Origin: Octopus vulgaris
Taxonomy: Eukaryota
DNA: 64,000 nt
NCBI GenBank assembly: GCA_951406725.2
Contig: OX597828.1
Span: 76,570,001-76,634,000 of the forward strand
Direction of reading: 5' to 3'
Shown: positions 1 to 13,247 of the stretch, piece by piece
Numbering within the stretch: position 1 is the first letter of the stretch
How the letters are laid out: every line of letters begins with the position of its first letter
The notes under the pieces: model-generated
Seen by the model: the letters and a program-made list of their open reading frames with translations, nothing else
Database searches by the model: none
Told to the model about the DNA's origin: nothing
Program-made: the position numbers and the translations under genes

Positions 1-260
1 AGCTTATGAATAGAATTTTTAAAAACTGTTTATCTTCCGTTTGTACTTGCCCGATATAGACGTAGCTCTACGCTGGATCACTAAATATCCAGTAACAAGG
101 TACAAAATTAAACACGAACAAAAGCGTAAAGGAAAAACAAGAAAAAAACAAAACTGAAATTCCAATGACATGGAATGTCATTTTTGATTTCAATTCTGGT
201 AGAAATACTGTTGATCTTCGTCAGAATGTATTTCAGAAACTTTACATAAATTCTTTGGGA

Positions 261-317
<57 letters not shown>

Positions 318-615
318 TACATACATACACACGCGCAAAGGCCTACGAGACACCAAGGCGCGACCAGCTTCGTCTCCATCTACGAGGTTCAATAAACTCT
401 CAATTTAATTGCCGCTGAAATGCCAATCTCACTTCTAACAACACCATGGGACCAACCTTGACACCCATAACATCCTATTTACCAGTAGCCATCATGAGCC
501 TCTTGTATTTCTTCACTCAGCAACCTGAGCCCGAACGAGCAAGGTCTCTGCTAGAAGCCTACGAAAGTTTCAGTTGCAGGGAGACGAATGAAGATGTATT
601 AAATTTATATATATA

Positions 616-1004
616 CTAGCAGTATCACCCGGTGTTGCTTGGGTTTGTTTCGACCCTTTAGAATTTGAATTTTTGAAAAGTTGAACTTTTGCATTATGCA
701 ACTTGTTATTCTCTTCAAGTGAACATTTTTCCAGTTGAAATACACCGAAAAATGGTGACACAGCAGTCAAAAATCGTAAAAAATAGGGATTTTCATAGCA
801 AAAAAGCACCTTTTTGATGTAAATAATTTTTGGTGTTAACATGGTCCGATTTGAATTTTATCTCCTACAGAAGGAAGAGCAAGCCTTTTTCTATCATACT
901 CTCAAATTTGGTCATCTTGCGCTGCAGGGTCTCGAAGGAGATAGTGTTAGTTGAAGGCTACCAAACCTGCCACACACAGACAACTTCAGCTTTATATATA
1001 TAGA
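616..1004 (-). mobile_element. Non-autonomous Helitron
   Basis: The minus strand starts A|TCTATATATATAAAGCTGAAG at 1004 and ends ...CCCAAGCAACACCGGG-TGATACTG-CTAG|T at 616. This gives a 5' TC, a degenerate subterminal hairpin, a 3' CTAG and an A|T insertion site with no TSD. Confidence 0.65.
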
Positions 1005-1779
1005 TTTGCTACACACTACTTTCCATCCTATACAAAGTAGCCATTAAGAAATTTAATAATATATTATGTAATGATAGGAATGGGATTTGCCCACTCTATA
1101 GGAACAAGTCATGGAACACTATAGAAATGACAAAAAAGAAAATAGGGAAGGCCAACTCTTGGTATGATAAATACCAGAGTGTCATGTTCGTTGACACCAC
1201 CCCTGGAGGTGAACTGGCGTACCGCTTTAGAAGGACCCTAGACAAACTTAAACTAAGAATTAAGGTTGTAGAAAAGCCAGGCAACCCTATCAAATCTATA
1301 ATTGGTAAAACCTATCCTTTTAGTAGAACCCCCTGTACGGATAAGTACTGTACTGTATGTAGATTTATCCCACAAACAAACTGTAAAGCCAGAAATGTAG
1401 TCTATAGTATAAGATGTATAGAGGGACGATGCGATAACAAGACAACGACATACGTAGGGGAAACGGCAAGAAGCATAGGAGAGCGGGTAAATAAGCATTG
1501 GAGACAACTCAAGGAAGGTAAAAGCTCATCGATTCTGTACCAACACGCCGAACAGGAACACGGGGGGTCAATCAATAACATAGAAATTAAAACATTATCC
1601 ACACATAAATCAGATGCAACAATTAGACAAATTACAGAAGCTACACACATAATAGAAAATAAACCTAGCCTGAATAGAAAACTAGAATGGAGCATTAACA
1701 CACACCACAACATATGACGATAGAGGATCCTGAAAACATAATAAATACACAGATAAATAAACAAATAGAAATAAATAAA

Positions 1780-1858
<79 letters not shown>

Positions 1859-2431
1859 GTGTGTATATATATATATATTTTTTTTTTTTATAATTTTTTT
1901 TTTTTCGATTCGATTTATTATTATTATTACTAGTATCGTTGTTATACATACAAGCATATGTAATGATAATAATAAGTGGATGTAAACACATGAACAAAAT
2001 AAGAATAAACAAAAATAACAAAAACAAAAAACAAAAAACAAAATACAAATTACATGAACATATATAAACAGAAGATACAAATATTACAGGCATCACCCCA
2101 CCCCACACACACTAAATAAACATAAACGCACATAGAGATATAAGCATGCGCAAATGAAGACATACAATAGAAATACAAAATGGCTTACGGTTAGTAAGGA
2201 GAGACACAAATAAGAAAGAAGAAAACAAAGGACCACTGATGCGGTCACAGGAGTGTGACGAAAGATTAAGATTAATGTAAAAAATAAATAACACTGAAGC
2301 AAAATAACACCAAATATATAGTGCGTGTGTTTTTATTGGCTAAACTGGCAAAATGACCATTCCGAAATATAACAATATCTGTTTCAACACACGACTTCAC
2401 ATAAAAAATCTTGCACAACAAATATTTAAAC

Positions 2432-2432
<1 letters not shown>
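1005..2432 (+). mobile_element. Penelope-like element, 5'-truncated (linker + GIY-YIG endonuclease + 3' pseudo-LTR interrupted by (TA)n)
   Basis: A GIY-YIG ORF is followed by a 3' region (~2173-2432) that recurs at 23333-23670 and carries a hammerhead-like core (CTGATGCGGTCAC...GTGACGAAA). The element ends in (TA)n. Confidence 0.8.
1127..1717 (+). CDS. Penelope-like retroelement GIY-YIG endonuclease, C-terminal fragment (frame open from ~1007; RT missing)
   Basis: Motifs NVVYSIRC, YVGETARSIGERVNKH, ILYQHAEQEH and RQITEATHIIENKPSLN, with a Cys-rich linker (CTDKYCTVC...NC). The upstream frame continues as ...GICPLYRNKSW. Confidence 0.85.
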   Translation: MTKKKIGKANSWYDKYQSVMFVDTTPGGELAYRFRRTLDKLKLRIKVVEKPGNPIKSIIGKTYPFSRTPCTDKYCTVCRFIPQTNCKARNVVYSIRCIEGRCDNKTTTYVGETARSIGERVNKHWRQLKEGKSSSILYQHAEQEHGGSINNIEIKTLSTHKSDATIRQITEATHIIENKPSLNRKLEWSINTHHNI

Positions 2433-2486
<54 letters not shown>

Positions 2487-2506
2487 AACTTGAGTCAGAC
2501 ACCTTG

Positions 2507-2586
2507 GTACTCTGAATTTCAAGCGTGTGACTAGACTTCGGCCATCAATAGCCGAAGACTAGCCACACGCTTGAAACTCGGAGTAC
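2507..2586. repeat. 36-bp inverted repeat hairpin with an 8-nt loop
   Basis: GTACTCTGAATTTCAAGCGTGTGACTAGACTTCGGC pairs with GCCGAAGACTAGCCACACGCTTGAAACTCGGAGTAC with 4 differences. Confidence 0.85.
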
Positions 2587-2589
2587 AAT

Positions 2590-2840
2590 TGTAAGGCTGC
2601 GATTTCGATACCTGTCTCCGGGTTGTGATGTTGAGCAAGATATTTCTTCTTGCTGCAATTCATTCAGCTAGCAAAAATGAGCCGCCAGTCTTATCACATA
2701 CTGCCTCATGCTAAATCCCGCTGAAATGTAGGATATGGGTAAGCGTGTCTGAGGACTGCTCAGCCGCTCGCAACTTAATTAAACGAGCAGGCGTTCCGTT
2801 AAGCGGAGCCACTGGAACACTCCACGTCAAAACCGATAGT
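2590..2840 (+). mobile_element. Decayed SINE related to 18643-19023
   Basis: GTGTCTGAGGACTGCTCAGCCGCT...ACGAGCAGGCGTTCCGTT aligns with GTGTCTGTGGAGTGCTCAGCCACT...ACGAGCAGGCTATTCCGTT at ~18920-18975. Confidence 0.55.
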
Positions 2841-2847
2841 TTGCTAG

Positions 2848-2894
<47 letters not shown>

Positions 2895-5585
2895 ATGTGT
2901 GAGTGTACGTGTGCGTGTGTGTGTGAGTATATGTGAATTGCATAAATATATGTGAGTGTGTATACACACATATATATATATAATACACACATCCCTGTAT
3001 ATGAATGTATATATTTGTGTGTGTGTGTGTGTATGTGTGTGTGTGTGTGTATATGTGTGTGTGTGGTTATGACACTATCTGTTATAAGGAAATAGTTCCT
3101 GGCAGAGAATCAGTGAATACTTCTTCTCCGAGCTGCCTTTAGTTCGATAATTCCAATTATTCGATTGCAGATGTTGACCTCTGCAGGTAAGAACTTTTTT
3201 CCCTCCGCTTCGTCAGCTTTTTTTTTTTTTTTGTTACAACGAACGATAAATGAAACACTTTCGGAAGAATGCCGTAATTTTTTCTTTAGTTAAGGAGAGT
3301 CATGAGAGAAAACGGAATAGAAATTGCTCGAAACATTGAAGAATTGTGGGAAATGACGTTATTCATAGCAGATGTATTTTCACCTCCACACACGAAATAA
3401 CGCAGTCATCTACATTCACACATTAGAAAACATGTGCATGCATCTTGACAAGCACACCGATTCTCATACACGTGTGTCTTTACGTGTCTTTCCCTAACCT
3501 GAAATATCAAGAATGAAATGTAAAATTTCGTAATATCGTTATTGATGTCATTATATCTCTGTCGTTTTCTGCACCAACCAAACAGTATTGTAACATTGAA
3601 AAACAAGTCAAGTGAGGCGCTTAATCATATATTTTCGATTCCCTCTGTGACAATTGTTGTGTAATTCTGCAGGAAAAGAAACCATTTTGCCTGAAACCAG
3701 CAGAAACCAGATGAATTCATCTTGGATTATGCACGTTGTAGGAAACAAGATGAACAAAATCCAAAACAAAAATTTCAAGAACCAACATTCCTCGGAATAT
3801 CTCAAATGCCAGGCTCTATATTAGAACGCATTTAAGTTTATAGATTCACTCCAGGAATATCGAAATCCCACACATATTTAAGAGGAATTCTTCACTTGCC
3901 AAAGGAATATAAGGCCATTCCCAGGTACCTAAAATGGAAAAAGAAAAAATACGGGAATATTTTGGTAAAACATTCTTCGCACCAGTGAAACACAATATGG
4001 AAAGCTCTAGAACACTGTTGTAACCGTGTCTTAGATCAGCGTTTTAATGGAATTTCCTGCAAGTTCAAAAACTATTCACGGCCTGCAAATGCATTTTTAA
4101 ATTTCCATAGAGTCCTGCATAAGTTCCTATAAAGGATCTGTCTCCTCCCTGATTCAATGATATCTCAGAGATGCATTAATCGATACCCAACCATAGCGAT
4201 TGGAAACTTACGATCTATTGTACATCACACATATACCATTCTATCTAATTACTGTTTTATAGATATGCTAAAAGTTCAAATCCAATCAACGTCGGAATTT
4301 TATACCTGTGGGGAAGGTATTCATCTCTCAGGTATCATAGACTATTTCGCTGTAACCAGGCAACATAAATTGCTGTTGGAATCAGAGGTAAAAAAAAGCG
4401 CAACTATGGCTGCATATTTTAGCGAACTTGCAAATATTGTTAAACATTTGATGAGAATTGTTCTGCCTTAAAAAGCAGATCAACCTCTAAACGTTATGTG
4501 TGGATTAGGGTATATAAAAGTGGAGTGGGATGAACCACATGTGTAGCTGTTCGTGTTCAGATTTCAATAAAGCTTTATGTAACACCTAAATCACTTGATC
4601 ATCCTGTGGTGTGTTTAACCGATAACAACATGAATTCACTCCGAGAAGATATTCCAAATTATGAATAGCACTACCGTAACTCCTATGTCACCAGTAGCAC
4701 TTCGTTATCTCTGGTAGAGTTGTTGGCACACTCCTCACTACAGTATGCTTACTGGCGTTACTAAACACATATATAGCCATTAACACTAACCTACCTCTTA
4801 TATAAACAATGATGCTATGTTACCTCCTCTGTAGTCAATAGCGCTACTCTACCTCTGAGGGAAACCTACAAGGCACGCCCTACACGACAATAAATTTGGA
4901 TTTGTTCGCATAATTACTAGAGCACGTAGCTATGCAATTACTCCCGTAGAAATCTTGAGAAATTAGATTTTACAAAAGATAAAAAGAAAGAATAGCCTAA
5001 TAAGGATATTGCTGCCCCAAGCTACCAACATTATTATTTAAATATGTAAAATAACCCGGAAGTACAGTTTGTAATAAGCTCCATATGTTAAATACCATGC
5101 ACTCAGACTGCTAAAATAAATGGATAAGCACGCATATGACATCCACGGGTACATCTTTTGCCCTCTGTCGAAATAATACTCATGTTACAAGTAAATTTAA
5201 TGTAAAGATTCGTAATAAAATTATTGAGTACTAAATGAAACGGCTGTAAGAAGCGAAGATCAAATTGCTGATAATAATACACAACTATTAACTTCCAAAT
5301 CTCCATTTTCTGATCTTCTTTTATATGGATATAAACTATATTCTTAAGATATACCAATTGTTTTAAGGGAATTTCATTTCCTAATAATACTAGGTATTGA
5401 ACAAGTATTTCCTTGGATGAAGCCATCTCTTCATAAGGTTAACACAATCTCTAATTGAATTTATATATACATATATATATATATATATGTACATGTATAT
5501 ATATATATATATATATACATATACATACGTATGTATGTATATCTATGTATATATATATATATATGTGTGAGTATGTGTGTGCGTG

Positions 5586-5647
<62 letters not shown>

Positions 5648-6125
5648 CGTGTATACATACATATATATATATATGATTTGTTTGATAACCAAATTTCAGT
5701 AGGTACACGCAAGTATACAAACATACCTTCGTACATGTATGCATACATGCACACATACATTTATACATACATACATAGATACATACATACAAACATACAT
5801 ACATACATACATACATACATACATACATACATACATACATACATGCATACATGAATGCTATCATTATGACCAATTTACCATAGAGATATTTGGCACCAAA
5901 TGGCAAGACTGGACGGTAATACTTATGGGAGGTACTAATATTTCGCAATAACGTTTTAAAGTCTATTTAGGTAAAATTTATCAAGATGTATAGGTTAACT
6001 GAAATATCTATCAGTTTATTTAATGATATATCTTACCACCCAGATCCTTTCCTGTTGCCATACACCTCTCACTCTCCGATAAATACATACATACGTTCAT
6101 ACATACATATATATATATATATATG

Positions 6126-6186
<61 letters not shown>

Positions 6187-6367
6187 TTCAGGAGGCGTAT
6201 ATATATATATAGTGTGTGTGTGTGTGTGTGTGCGCGTATGCGTTTTGCATGTGAGTGGGGTGTCGGTGTTTAACATGTTCTTTTCCCCAGCAATTGACTG
6301 ACGTCGAATGTATGCAAACACATCAATGTATATTCATATATACATGCATATCTATGTATTATGTGTC

Positions 6368-6426
<59 letters not shown>

Positions 6427-6718
6427 ATATGTATGTATATATATGTATATATATATATATATGTATGTATATATATATATATATAAGTATATATTATGTA
6501 TATATATTTATATATATATATACATACGTAGGAATAGTTATATACGCATACACGTATACATATGTAGAGATACACATACATACTTACACATAGACACGCA
6601 CACACACGAATATACAGACATAAATACAAACATATTTATAAATACACATATTCAAACACACACACAGACGCATATATATATACATATATACACACACATA
6701 CACACACAGACATACACT

Positions 6719-6798
<80 letters not shown>

Positions 6799-6849
6799 TA
6801 TATGCACTCTCAAACACACACACACGCACACACACGCACGCACAGGCAA

Positions 6850-6896
<47 letters not shown>

Positions 6897-7079
6897 CATT
6901 CTAACATACATAGAGAAATAATGTATATATGTGTTCACACACAGGCATATATATACATATATAAACATATATATGTATGTTTGTGTGTCTGTTCCTGTAG
7001 GCCGCTTCAAGCCCTGCTGAGTTAACAACGGGAAATTGACTTCAATATAAATCCATAGAAAATTCCGTCCACTATGGTA

Positions 7080-8140
7080 ATTCGCAATTACAAAGGTTGT
7101 TGCAGAAGATTTGCAATTTCCTTTCCCAGGTGAAGAAGAAGAAGAAAAGGAACCAAAAAAATGAATTTGAAGTTTAGTTGCTTTCCAAAAAGAGCATTGA
7201 TCGAATCAGTTGATTTTTCCAGTTTTCTCAGACCATTTTCTAATAATGATTCAATATAAATTCTAGTCTGATCATTGTTAGCTTTCCATTTCCCGGGAAT
7301 CCATACATATTTCAAACTCTGTTGGTTTCTTCAGCTAACTTCGTTATTTCTACCGTCACAAAGTGACAATGCTATCAATGACAATGTTTCTAAACTCATA
7401 TTGACATTGTTATTTTCAGTTGGTAAAAACTAACGATTATTTTATAAATTCTTACCAAGTTTTGTTGCTTGTAAACTAATTGTTGCATAACGATCTTCCA
7501 TTCTAGGAATCTGAAAGTTTCTCTGAGATCTAAATCCAGTCTATTCATTCTGTTCCATTACAATGAGCTTCACACAAACACTTCTGAATCACTTTTTTGT
7601 ACTTGTTTTACTCTGTTAATGGTGACTCATTTAACAAGACCATTTCTTTATTCCAGAAGTTACACAACTTATACGAGAATTGTTGGAGCCAGTATTATAA
7701 CAGCTTTGAGCCCACTACTCTGTAGCTTTGTACATATTTAGCTGCTAGTTTTAGCTGCCTATTAAATTGCACCTTATCTAGCTTGTTGCTATCTTTTAAT
7801 TTCAAATAATTCCTGATTGACCAGACATATCATAAAAGCTGAGCCAGTTTTAACAGCCAGGCCTTCACGAGGCAGGAGCGCCATATACCATCTTCATTCT
7901 CTTCAATGTTAGTTGTGAATTAAGGGTTATTCGACTACTATTTCTAACATTGCATGTAACTATAAAAAGTTCTCTCTCTGGCTTCTTGTAAGTTAAAAAA
8001 TGGAATACATGTTTTATCCAAATAGTCATCAAAATGATGGAAAGGTATATACAACGACACAATCTTTCAATCCCTTCTTGATAATAATCCCTAAAATTAC
8101 CCAGAAACTGCAGACAATAATAAGAAGCAATTTCCACCAG
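7080..8140 (-). mobile_element. Heavily decayed L1-like LINE ORF2 C-terminal remnant
   Basis: Fragmented minus-strand motifs resemble the L1 post-RT region (...GAPAS..AWLLKL; RETFRFLEWKI; LETL....LC). There are many stops and frameshifts, and boundaries are approximate. Confidence 0.3.
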
Positions 8141-8978
8141 CAGTTGATGTGATTAAGACACTGGAATAACCATATGTCCTCAGCACCCTCATCCGACGAA
8201 CTGGTAGGCGAGACAAGAAAGAAACCAGGAACCTTTTGTTTAGAGGCCTAACCACTACAAACAGATCAAAAGTCAAAGGTGTAAAGCTATAATTTACCTG
8301 CAGTTGACTCTACATCTAACATATAGACCGTTAAGCAGGGCGTCGATAACATATACAACCACTGCAGAATTTAGGACAGAACGTATCGATCTGTAGCTAT
8401 AGGACAAATGTTACGTACACTGGGTTTCCTCTCATATAATCAAAAACAGGAACACCCTTACTCGATTCAAAGTACTATACAGCTATTCATTTTTTAATGG
8501 TTGTCGTGTTTCTCCTTTCCTGCAAGAAATCATGATTTTTAATATATATTTTTTATCATTGTATTTCAATTTTCTATTCTAGATCATCTCTGTTCTCTTT
8601 ATTTAATATGTTATATTGTTAAGTGTCCCGTTTTGACATTTCTATTTATTTCTATGTCCAGTATCTATTACTTTACTCCTATCAATTTCCAAAGCAATTT
8701 GTTCAACCCCATAACTTTAGACGGCTGATATACTTTACATATATCAAGTCCAAGGGATCGTTTTGCTTTTGAATATCCTATTGTCATTAATATATAACCT
8801 TCTGTCATTTCGCATTAATAAATAGTTTCTTATTAAATAAATAACTTTACCATATTTCTTTCAGACGATCTTTTGAGCAGCGTTTTCTCCACATATATAC
8901 TATGTATATATATGTACATATACACGCGTGCATTTACACATATATGTACAGACATTCTCATAACACACACGCTCACAC

Positions 8979-9030
<52 letters not shown>

Positions 9031-9143
9031 GTATGTATGAATATGATAACCTGCTTATTTCAAATCTTTTTCTGTTTCGAGTTCTTTTTTTATTGTACTT
9101 CTCCATATTTCTTCGTATTATTAATATTATTATCATTATTATT

Positions 9144-9338
9144 AAGGCGGCACGATGGCACAGTGTTAGTTATAATTTCTTCCACTTTATTATCTGAGTT
9201 CAAATTACGCAGTAGTTGATTTTTGCCTTTCAACTTTTGGGGTCAATGAAATATTTACCAGTCAAGTACTTGGGTCGGTATAACGGAACAGTTGCCTCCC
9301 GCCACCAAATTCCACACCGTCTGCCTTCAGTAGAAAGG
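9144..9338 (+). mobile_element. tRNA-like SINE ((ATT)n-associated family)
   Basis: TGGCACAG...TGAGTTCAAATT (B-box-like)...TTGCCTTTCA...CAGTAGAAAGG(ATT)n. Homologous to 13029-13232, 35433-35575 and 39683-39895. Confidence 0.7.
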
Positions 9339-9351
9339 ATTATTATTATTA

Positions 9352-9454
<103 letters not shown>

Positions 9455-9463
9455 CAGCAGCAG

Positions 9464-9590
9464 TTTTATTTGTCTTTGCACAGTTTCTGACGCTGGTAAT
9501 GTTCTACAGTGCCAGTTGTTCACTACCACCGAACTAAGGTAACAAACCCTTACTTTTCGTGCACCATCCGGAGTATTCGAGCGGTTCCAG
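9464..9590 (-). mobile_element. 3' end of an R4/Dong-like RLE retrotransposon, family C
   Basis: The minus strand encodes GTARILRMVHEK* (compare GTAYILRRTLSIQ* and GTSHVLRRALSM* in families A and B). A distinct 3' UTR runs into a (TGC)/(TAC)/(TAA) tract. Confidence 0.6.
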
Positions 9591-10128
9591 GCTATTATTA
9601 AGTAAGAGAGCAGTGCATGCTATCAAAGTGTATATCGAAGCCCAATTTACCAATAATCTGTCTGATAAGGCTACACCAACCACATGCATCACAACCACAT
9701 GTGCATGACATGATGATCTGAAATCACATTATACAGTACACGACCTTGCAGGTGGGGCCCAATTTTCTTCGGGCTGAGTAGACCATCCCGCTCAGAAGGT
9801 GCCTGATTAAGGTTTATTTAAGAATGATGAACGAAACAACCATGAATCCAGATGTGAACTATTCAAACCTCAAAACCTTCCTCTCAACACATGGCTATGT
9901 TGCTCCCCCACTACTTCTGCTTGTGATCAGAGATGCACATACCCTCAGCTACTAAGAGACATGCTCAACTGCCCGAAATCAAGCAACTAACAAGCAGATC
10001 TATTTGCTGTAACCCACATGTAACACCAAGACAAAACATGTCCATGTTGATACTTCCAATCAGTTAAGATCAAATGTCATGCAAGTCATTGCCTGGTATT
10101 GCATCAGGGCGCTTGTCGTTCTTTTTGC

Positions 10129-10203
<75 letters not shown>

Positions 10204-10207
<4 letters not shown>

Positions 10208-10602
10208 TAGATTTATTTTCACTTTACTACCGAGCGCATTTCTGTGTGCCTTAGTTATGTGCTGTGATTTGTTGTGATGCTCTGATGGTTATTGTTTGGA
10301 AAGTGTTCTGCGTAGGATGTGTGCAGTGCCTAGTAGTGCAATTTTCTGTATGTTATATGTATTTGTAAGTGCTGGTCTTTTTGTTATGTATTTGTCTGAA
10401 TATTTTTTATCACGCCTAATGCACCTACTATGATAGGAATTGTTTATGTTTTTAGATTCCACATTCTGGTTACCTCTATTTTCAGGTTTTTGTATTTTGA
10501 GAGTTTCTCCTTTTCTTTTAGAGACACGTTTTCATCAGCCGGTATTGATACATCAATTAGAAAGCATTTTTTTTCTTCATGATCTCTGACAACTATATCT
10601 GG

Positions 10603-10603
<1 letters not shown>
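10204..10603 (-). mobile_element. R4/Dong-like RLE retrotransposon family A, 5'-truncated
   Basis: Encodes PDIVVRDHEEKKCFLIDVSIP...LGTAHILRRTL. Closely matches 11952-12360 and 61820-62235, and is flanked on both sides by (TTA)n. Confidence 0.9.
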
Positions 10604-10673
<70 letters not shown>

Positions 10674-11769
10674 TATTGTTGCTGAGAGTAGATATACGAT
10701 CACCCTCGTCCTACATTTTTACGAATCGCAATGAATAAAATTATTTCATTTTGGATAATTTTTCATGAAGGCCACAGACACAACTGTATCCCTTTATTTC
10801 AATTGTGGTTCCCTGGAAACAAAGGAGAAAATAACTCTCATGATTTCAGTCCTAGAATCCGATGCCTTGGAAATTCTTCCTCCAAGCCTTAGAATTATCC
10901 TTTTACCTTCTAATATGATTGATTTGATGGAACATAAAGAGCGGCGGTAGTTTGTCGAGAGGAAACTGTAGAAGCAAAAGTAAGATTCAAGGGGTTTCTT
11001 ATTATCTGAAACGAGCAATGTTTATAGAACTTGGAAAAGAAAGCGAGAAACTAAAAGCTGGTTAGAATGACTTGGAACAATATCTAGAAAACTGCGAAAT
11101 GAAAATGTGTGGGTGTATGGTCTCTGATTAACAAATACGAGTTACTGATGGAAACTTTTCGAATTTTGGATTTGTACCAGTTAAAAGCAAATGGAAATAG
11201 ATTTTTTTTTCTTTTATGCGTCACTTCTACAGAATGAAATAGAAAATTATTTCTTGAGCTTCTTTTCCCTGTTTGGAGATGCAGTAAGAACAAAAAAAAG
11301 AAGAAAGAAAAAGTTTAATTTGTGAAATAAAAAAAAACTCCTTTAAGTGTAAGCTGATAGCATGGCAATTTGATACAAGAAAACCAAGAAAATCACGAAC
11401 GAAAACAAACAAGTTTTAAACAGAAAAACAAAATAATAAACATGCATACAATTTCTGAACAGAATAAACGTATTTCAGAAAACAAAGAAAATGCTTTTTC
11501 AGACAGAAACCAAAAACAGAAGATAAATAAAATTATTAATGTGAATGCTGCTTCTAACCCGTCTATTTCGGAGTTGCTTTATTTGATTGTTATAACTCTG
11601 TTTTATATAAGCCATCTAATTATTTTCCGTAATTATTTGTATAATTTTAACATCATATCGTGCCTTTCATTTTCATATTACTTTCTATGTTTCCTCACGT
11701 ACCTCGATCTACTTCTCAGAACATCTATTGTATGTGCAAAATCTGCTAGTATGAAATATTTTTCTTCTT

Positions 11770-11868
<99 letters not shown>

Positions 11869-11897
11869 ACTATTATTATTATTATATTATTAATATG

Positions 11898-11951
<54 letters not shown>

Positions 11952-11954
<3 letters not shown>

Positions 11955-12767
11955 TAGTTTTAGTTTTATAGCCTGCTTTCACTTGACAACCGAGCGCAGC
12001 TCTGTGTGCCTTGGGTATGTGCTGTGATTTGATGTGATGCTCTGATGGTTATTGTATGGAAAGTGTTCTGCGTAGGATGTGTGCAGTGCCTAGTAGTGCA
12101 ATTTTCTCTATGTTATATGTGTTTGTAAGTCCTGGTGTTTTTGTTATGTATTTGTCTGAATATTTTTTTATCATGCCTAATGCACCTACTATGATAGGAA
12201 TTGTTTATGTTTTTAGATTCCACATTCTGCTTACCTCTATTTCCAGGCTTTTGTATTTTGAGAGTTTCTCCATTTCTTTTAGAGACACGTTTTCATCAGC
12301 CGGTATTGATACATCAATTAGAAAGCATTTGTTTTCTTCATGATCTTTGACAACTATATCTGGTCTGTTGGCCTTAATTTCTCTATCTGTGTGTATTGGC
12401 ATATCCCAGAGTATGGTTGCTTTCTCGTTTTCTGTGACCTTTTCTGGTGTGTGCCTATACCATCTTTTTCCCGTTGTTGGCATAGCTTCCAGTGTATGTA
12501 GGTCCCAACTCTGTCGTGTCTGTGAATATATTCCTTCTTAGCCAGGACTGGGCAGCTAGAGATAATATGATTTATTGTTTCTTGTCCATCTCCACATATT
12601 CTGCAGTTACTTGTAATATTTCTTTTCATTACATGTTTTTGGTAATTTCTGGTGGGGAGGCTTTGGTCTTGTGCTGCAATTAAAAATCCCTCTGTTTCTG
12701 CTTTGAGTCCTGAGCTTCTCAACCATTGCTGGGATTTTTCCTTGTCTATTTCTTTTGCACTTTTGCA
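11952..12767 (-). mobile_element. R4/Dong-like RLE retrotransposon family A, 5'-truncated and frameshifted
   Basis: AETEGFLIAAQDQ, CCHC knuckle CRICGDGQETINHIISSC, RHDRV and NRPDIVV...LIDVSIP (PD-D RLE). Embedded in (TTA)n tracts. Confidence 0.92.
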
Positions 12768-12878
12768 TTATTATTATTAGTCTTCTTCTTCTTATTATTA
12801 TTATTATTATTGTTCTTGTTGTTGCTGTTATTGTTCTTGTTGTTACTATTATTATTATTATTATTGTTGTTGTTGTTA

Positions 12879-12943
<65 letters not shown>

Positions 12944-12951
12944 GTTATTGC

Positions 12952-13027
<76 letters not shown>

Positions 13028-13028
13028 T

Positions 13029-13232
13029 AGGTGGTGAGCTGGCAGAATCATCAGCGAAATGCGTCGCGGTATTTCGCCCATCACTACATTCTGTGTTCAA
13101 ATTCCGCCGCGGCCGACCTTGCCTTTCATCCTTTCGGGATTGATAAATTAGGAATCAGTGAAACACTGAGTCAATATAGTCGACTAGTCCCCCACCCCAC
13201 AAATTCGAGGCCGTGTGCCTACAGTAGGAAGG
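13029..13232 (+). mobile_element. tRNA-like SINE ((ATT)n-associated family)
   Basis: GAGCTGGCAGAATC (A-box-like)...GTTCAAATTCC (B-box-like)...CCTACAGTAGGAAGG(ATT)n, with ATT repeats on both sides. Confidence 0.75.
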
Positions 13233-13247
13233 ATTATTATTATTATT

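Noticed and set aside
1700-1780. Selenocysteine read-through/SECIS after the Penelope TGA (as in Naiad elements)
   Set aside because: The TGA follows the normal end of the endonuclease domain and no SECIS stem with a GA quartet is evident.
3406-3606. Cys-rich ORF (NRCACQDACTCFLMCEC) as a transposon zinc cluster or host exon
   Set aside because: The spacing is imperfect, there is no supporting upstream domain, and it may be chance in TG-rich sequence.
4157-5426. ORFs 4157-4471 and 5103-5426
   Set aside because: No recognisable motifs or splice structure; possibly very old TE debris.
11370-11957. 195-aa ORF
   Set aside because: It is low-complexity A-rich sequence running into (TTC)n(TTA)n, with no domain.
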